DNA of 64,000 bases from Phoronis australis. Its lineage: Eukaryota > Animalia > Phoronida. Made by a program: the position numbers and the translations under genes. The notes below the pieces were generated by a model. The model did not search any database. It was given only the letters and a program-made list of their open reading frames with translations, and had not been told where the DNA came from. The DNA is taken from positions 703,761 through 767,760 of the forward strand of contig NMRA01000162.1 in assembly GCA_002633005.1 (NCBI GenBank), in the 5' to 3' direction. This document shows, in pieces, positions 63,207 through 64,000 of this stretch; positions within the stretch are counted from its first letter, which is position 1, and each line of letters opens with the position of its first letter.

Positions 63207-64000
63207 GCCCGGTTTCTCCACCATGAAACGTTGCTCCGGGCGTATCATCCAATCCACCCGACCATGCGACAACGATAGATTCACAGGATAAAAATGCAAC
63301 CTTTGCCACCATTTAATGTTTATTATGGCTGACCCGCCAAAATCCCACAACTCTCTGCTTGACCAGGGGAGATAACACTCGTAACAATATACACCGTGAG
63401 CCCAGGTTTCACGAATAAACACTGCCAGACGAATTTGTTGGTGGGGTACCCCCACCAGACACGCCCAAATACACGTTGAGGTTGGAGCGAGCTTACAACT
63501 TTACGTAACAGCAACGGAATTTTGCGCATGATTCACTATTAAAAACCGTCTGTCACTAAGGGCACTCTGTATTGAACAAATCTCGATTTTTCTTAGTCCT
63601 ATTTAACAGTCTAAATGATTTCCCGTTGTTTTCAGAAGATTTTTTACCCAAATCCACTTGTTCATTTGATTCAAGTGCTAAAACGAGGAATAATCAAAAT
63701 AGCGTGATTTGCTGTCGTCTTCGTTATGTATGCGCGGCAGATGCCTTCATTTCACGCAGTGGTCAATGACAAATTTGACAGAACTGCTGTTTTGGACAAT
63801 CTACATCTTTCTCATGATCGCTGGCCACAGAAAATTCTAGAGATGCGTCAGTTGCTATGCATCAACATTTTCCCAACAGTCCCAGAAGTATTCTTTGCCC
63901 TTATCCGCTCAAACTACCTACGCCAGCTGCGAAACATTGCTTTACCAATAATTGAAACTTGCAGACCCAATATTTTGTGAAGTGCTGGAAAAAAATGCGT

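Larger units (their letters stand above)
57785..63386 (-). mobile_element. Decayed Ty3/Gypsy LTR retrotransposon lacking the RT domain
   Basis: LTR segments 57785-57838 and 63333-63386 match (minus strand starts TGTTACGAG); PBS-like TGGTGGCA at about 63304-63311; purine tract AGCGGGG next to the 3' LTR; gag, protease, RNase H and integrase remnants. The left boundary is unresolved. Confidence 0.85.

Noticed and set aside
1-64000. tRNA, rRNA or prokaryotic operon/defence systems
   Set aside because: None recognised; the content is consistently eukaryotic TE-rich intronic or intergenic DNA.

Overview
Eukaryotic, non-bacterial DNA. It looks like a marine invertebrate, probably a lophotrochozoan (inferred from the TE repertoire, GT-AG exon structure and abundant TACATGTA). 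There is no intact long ORF; the window is a graveyard of nested transposons lying in the introns of a decayed minus-strand multi-exon gene or tandem gene pair. That gene has two paralogous MAM-like exon sets (36797-36943 + 31374-31553 and 6729-6881 + 4239-4418), a candidate Sushi/CCP exon and further candidate exons. Mobile elements: (1) two copies of one composite PIF/Harbinger transposon (17767-22458, 47511-53432) carrying the same three passengers, namely a TA-flanked MITE, a pogo-like element with a HIRAN-like remnant and an RT-deleted Penelope-like element; (2) a PNMA-gag Gypsy LTR element (22974-31210) interrupted by an Academ transposon (27111-29515); (3) an RT-less minus-strand Gypsy (about 57785-63386); (4) a Penelope/GIY-YIG element with inverted pseudo-LTRs containing degenerate hammerhead ribozymes; (5) a Helentron-type satellite-bearing element; (6) LINE, Tc1, THAP and DIRS-like remnants. 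Family calls come from motif recognition by eye, with no database searches. I found no demonstrable new biological system; the best leads are the cargo-carrying Harbinger, the HIRAN-like passenger and the unusual MAM gene architecture.
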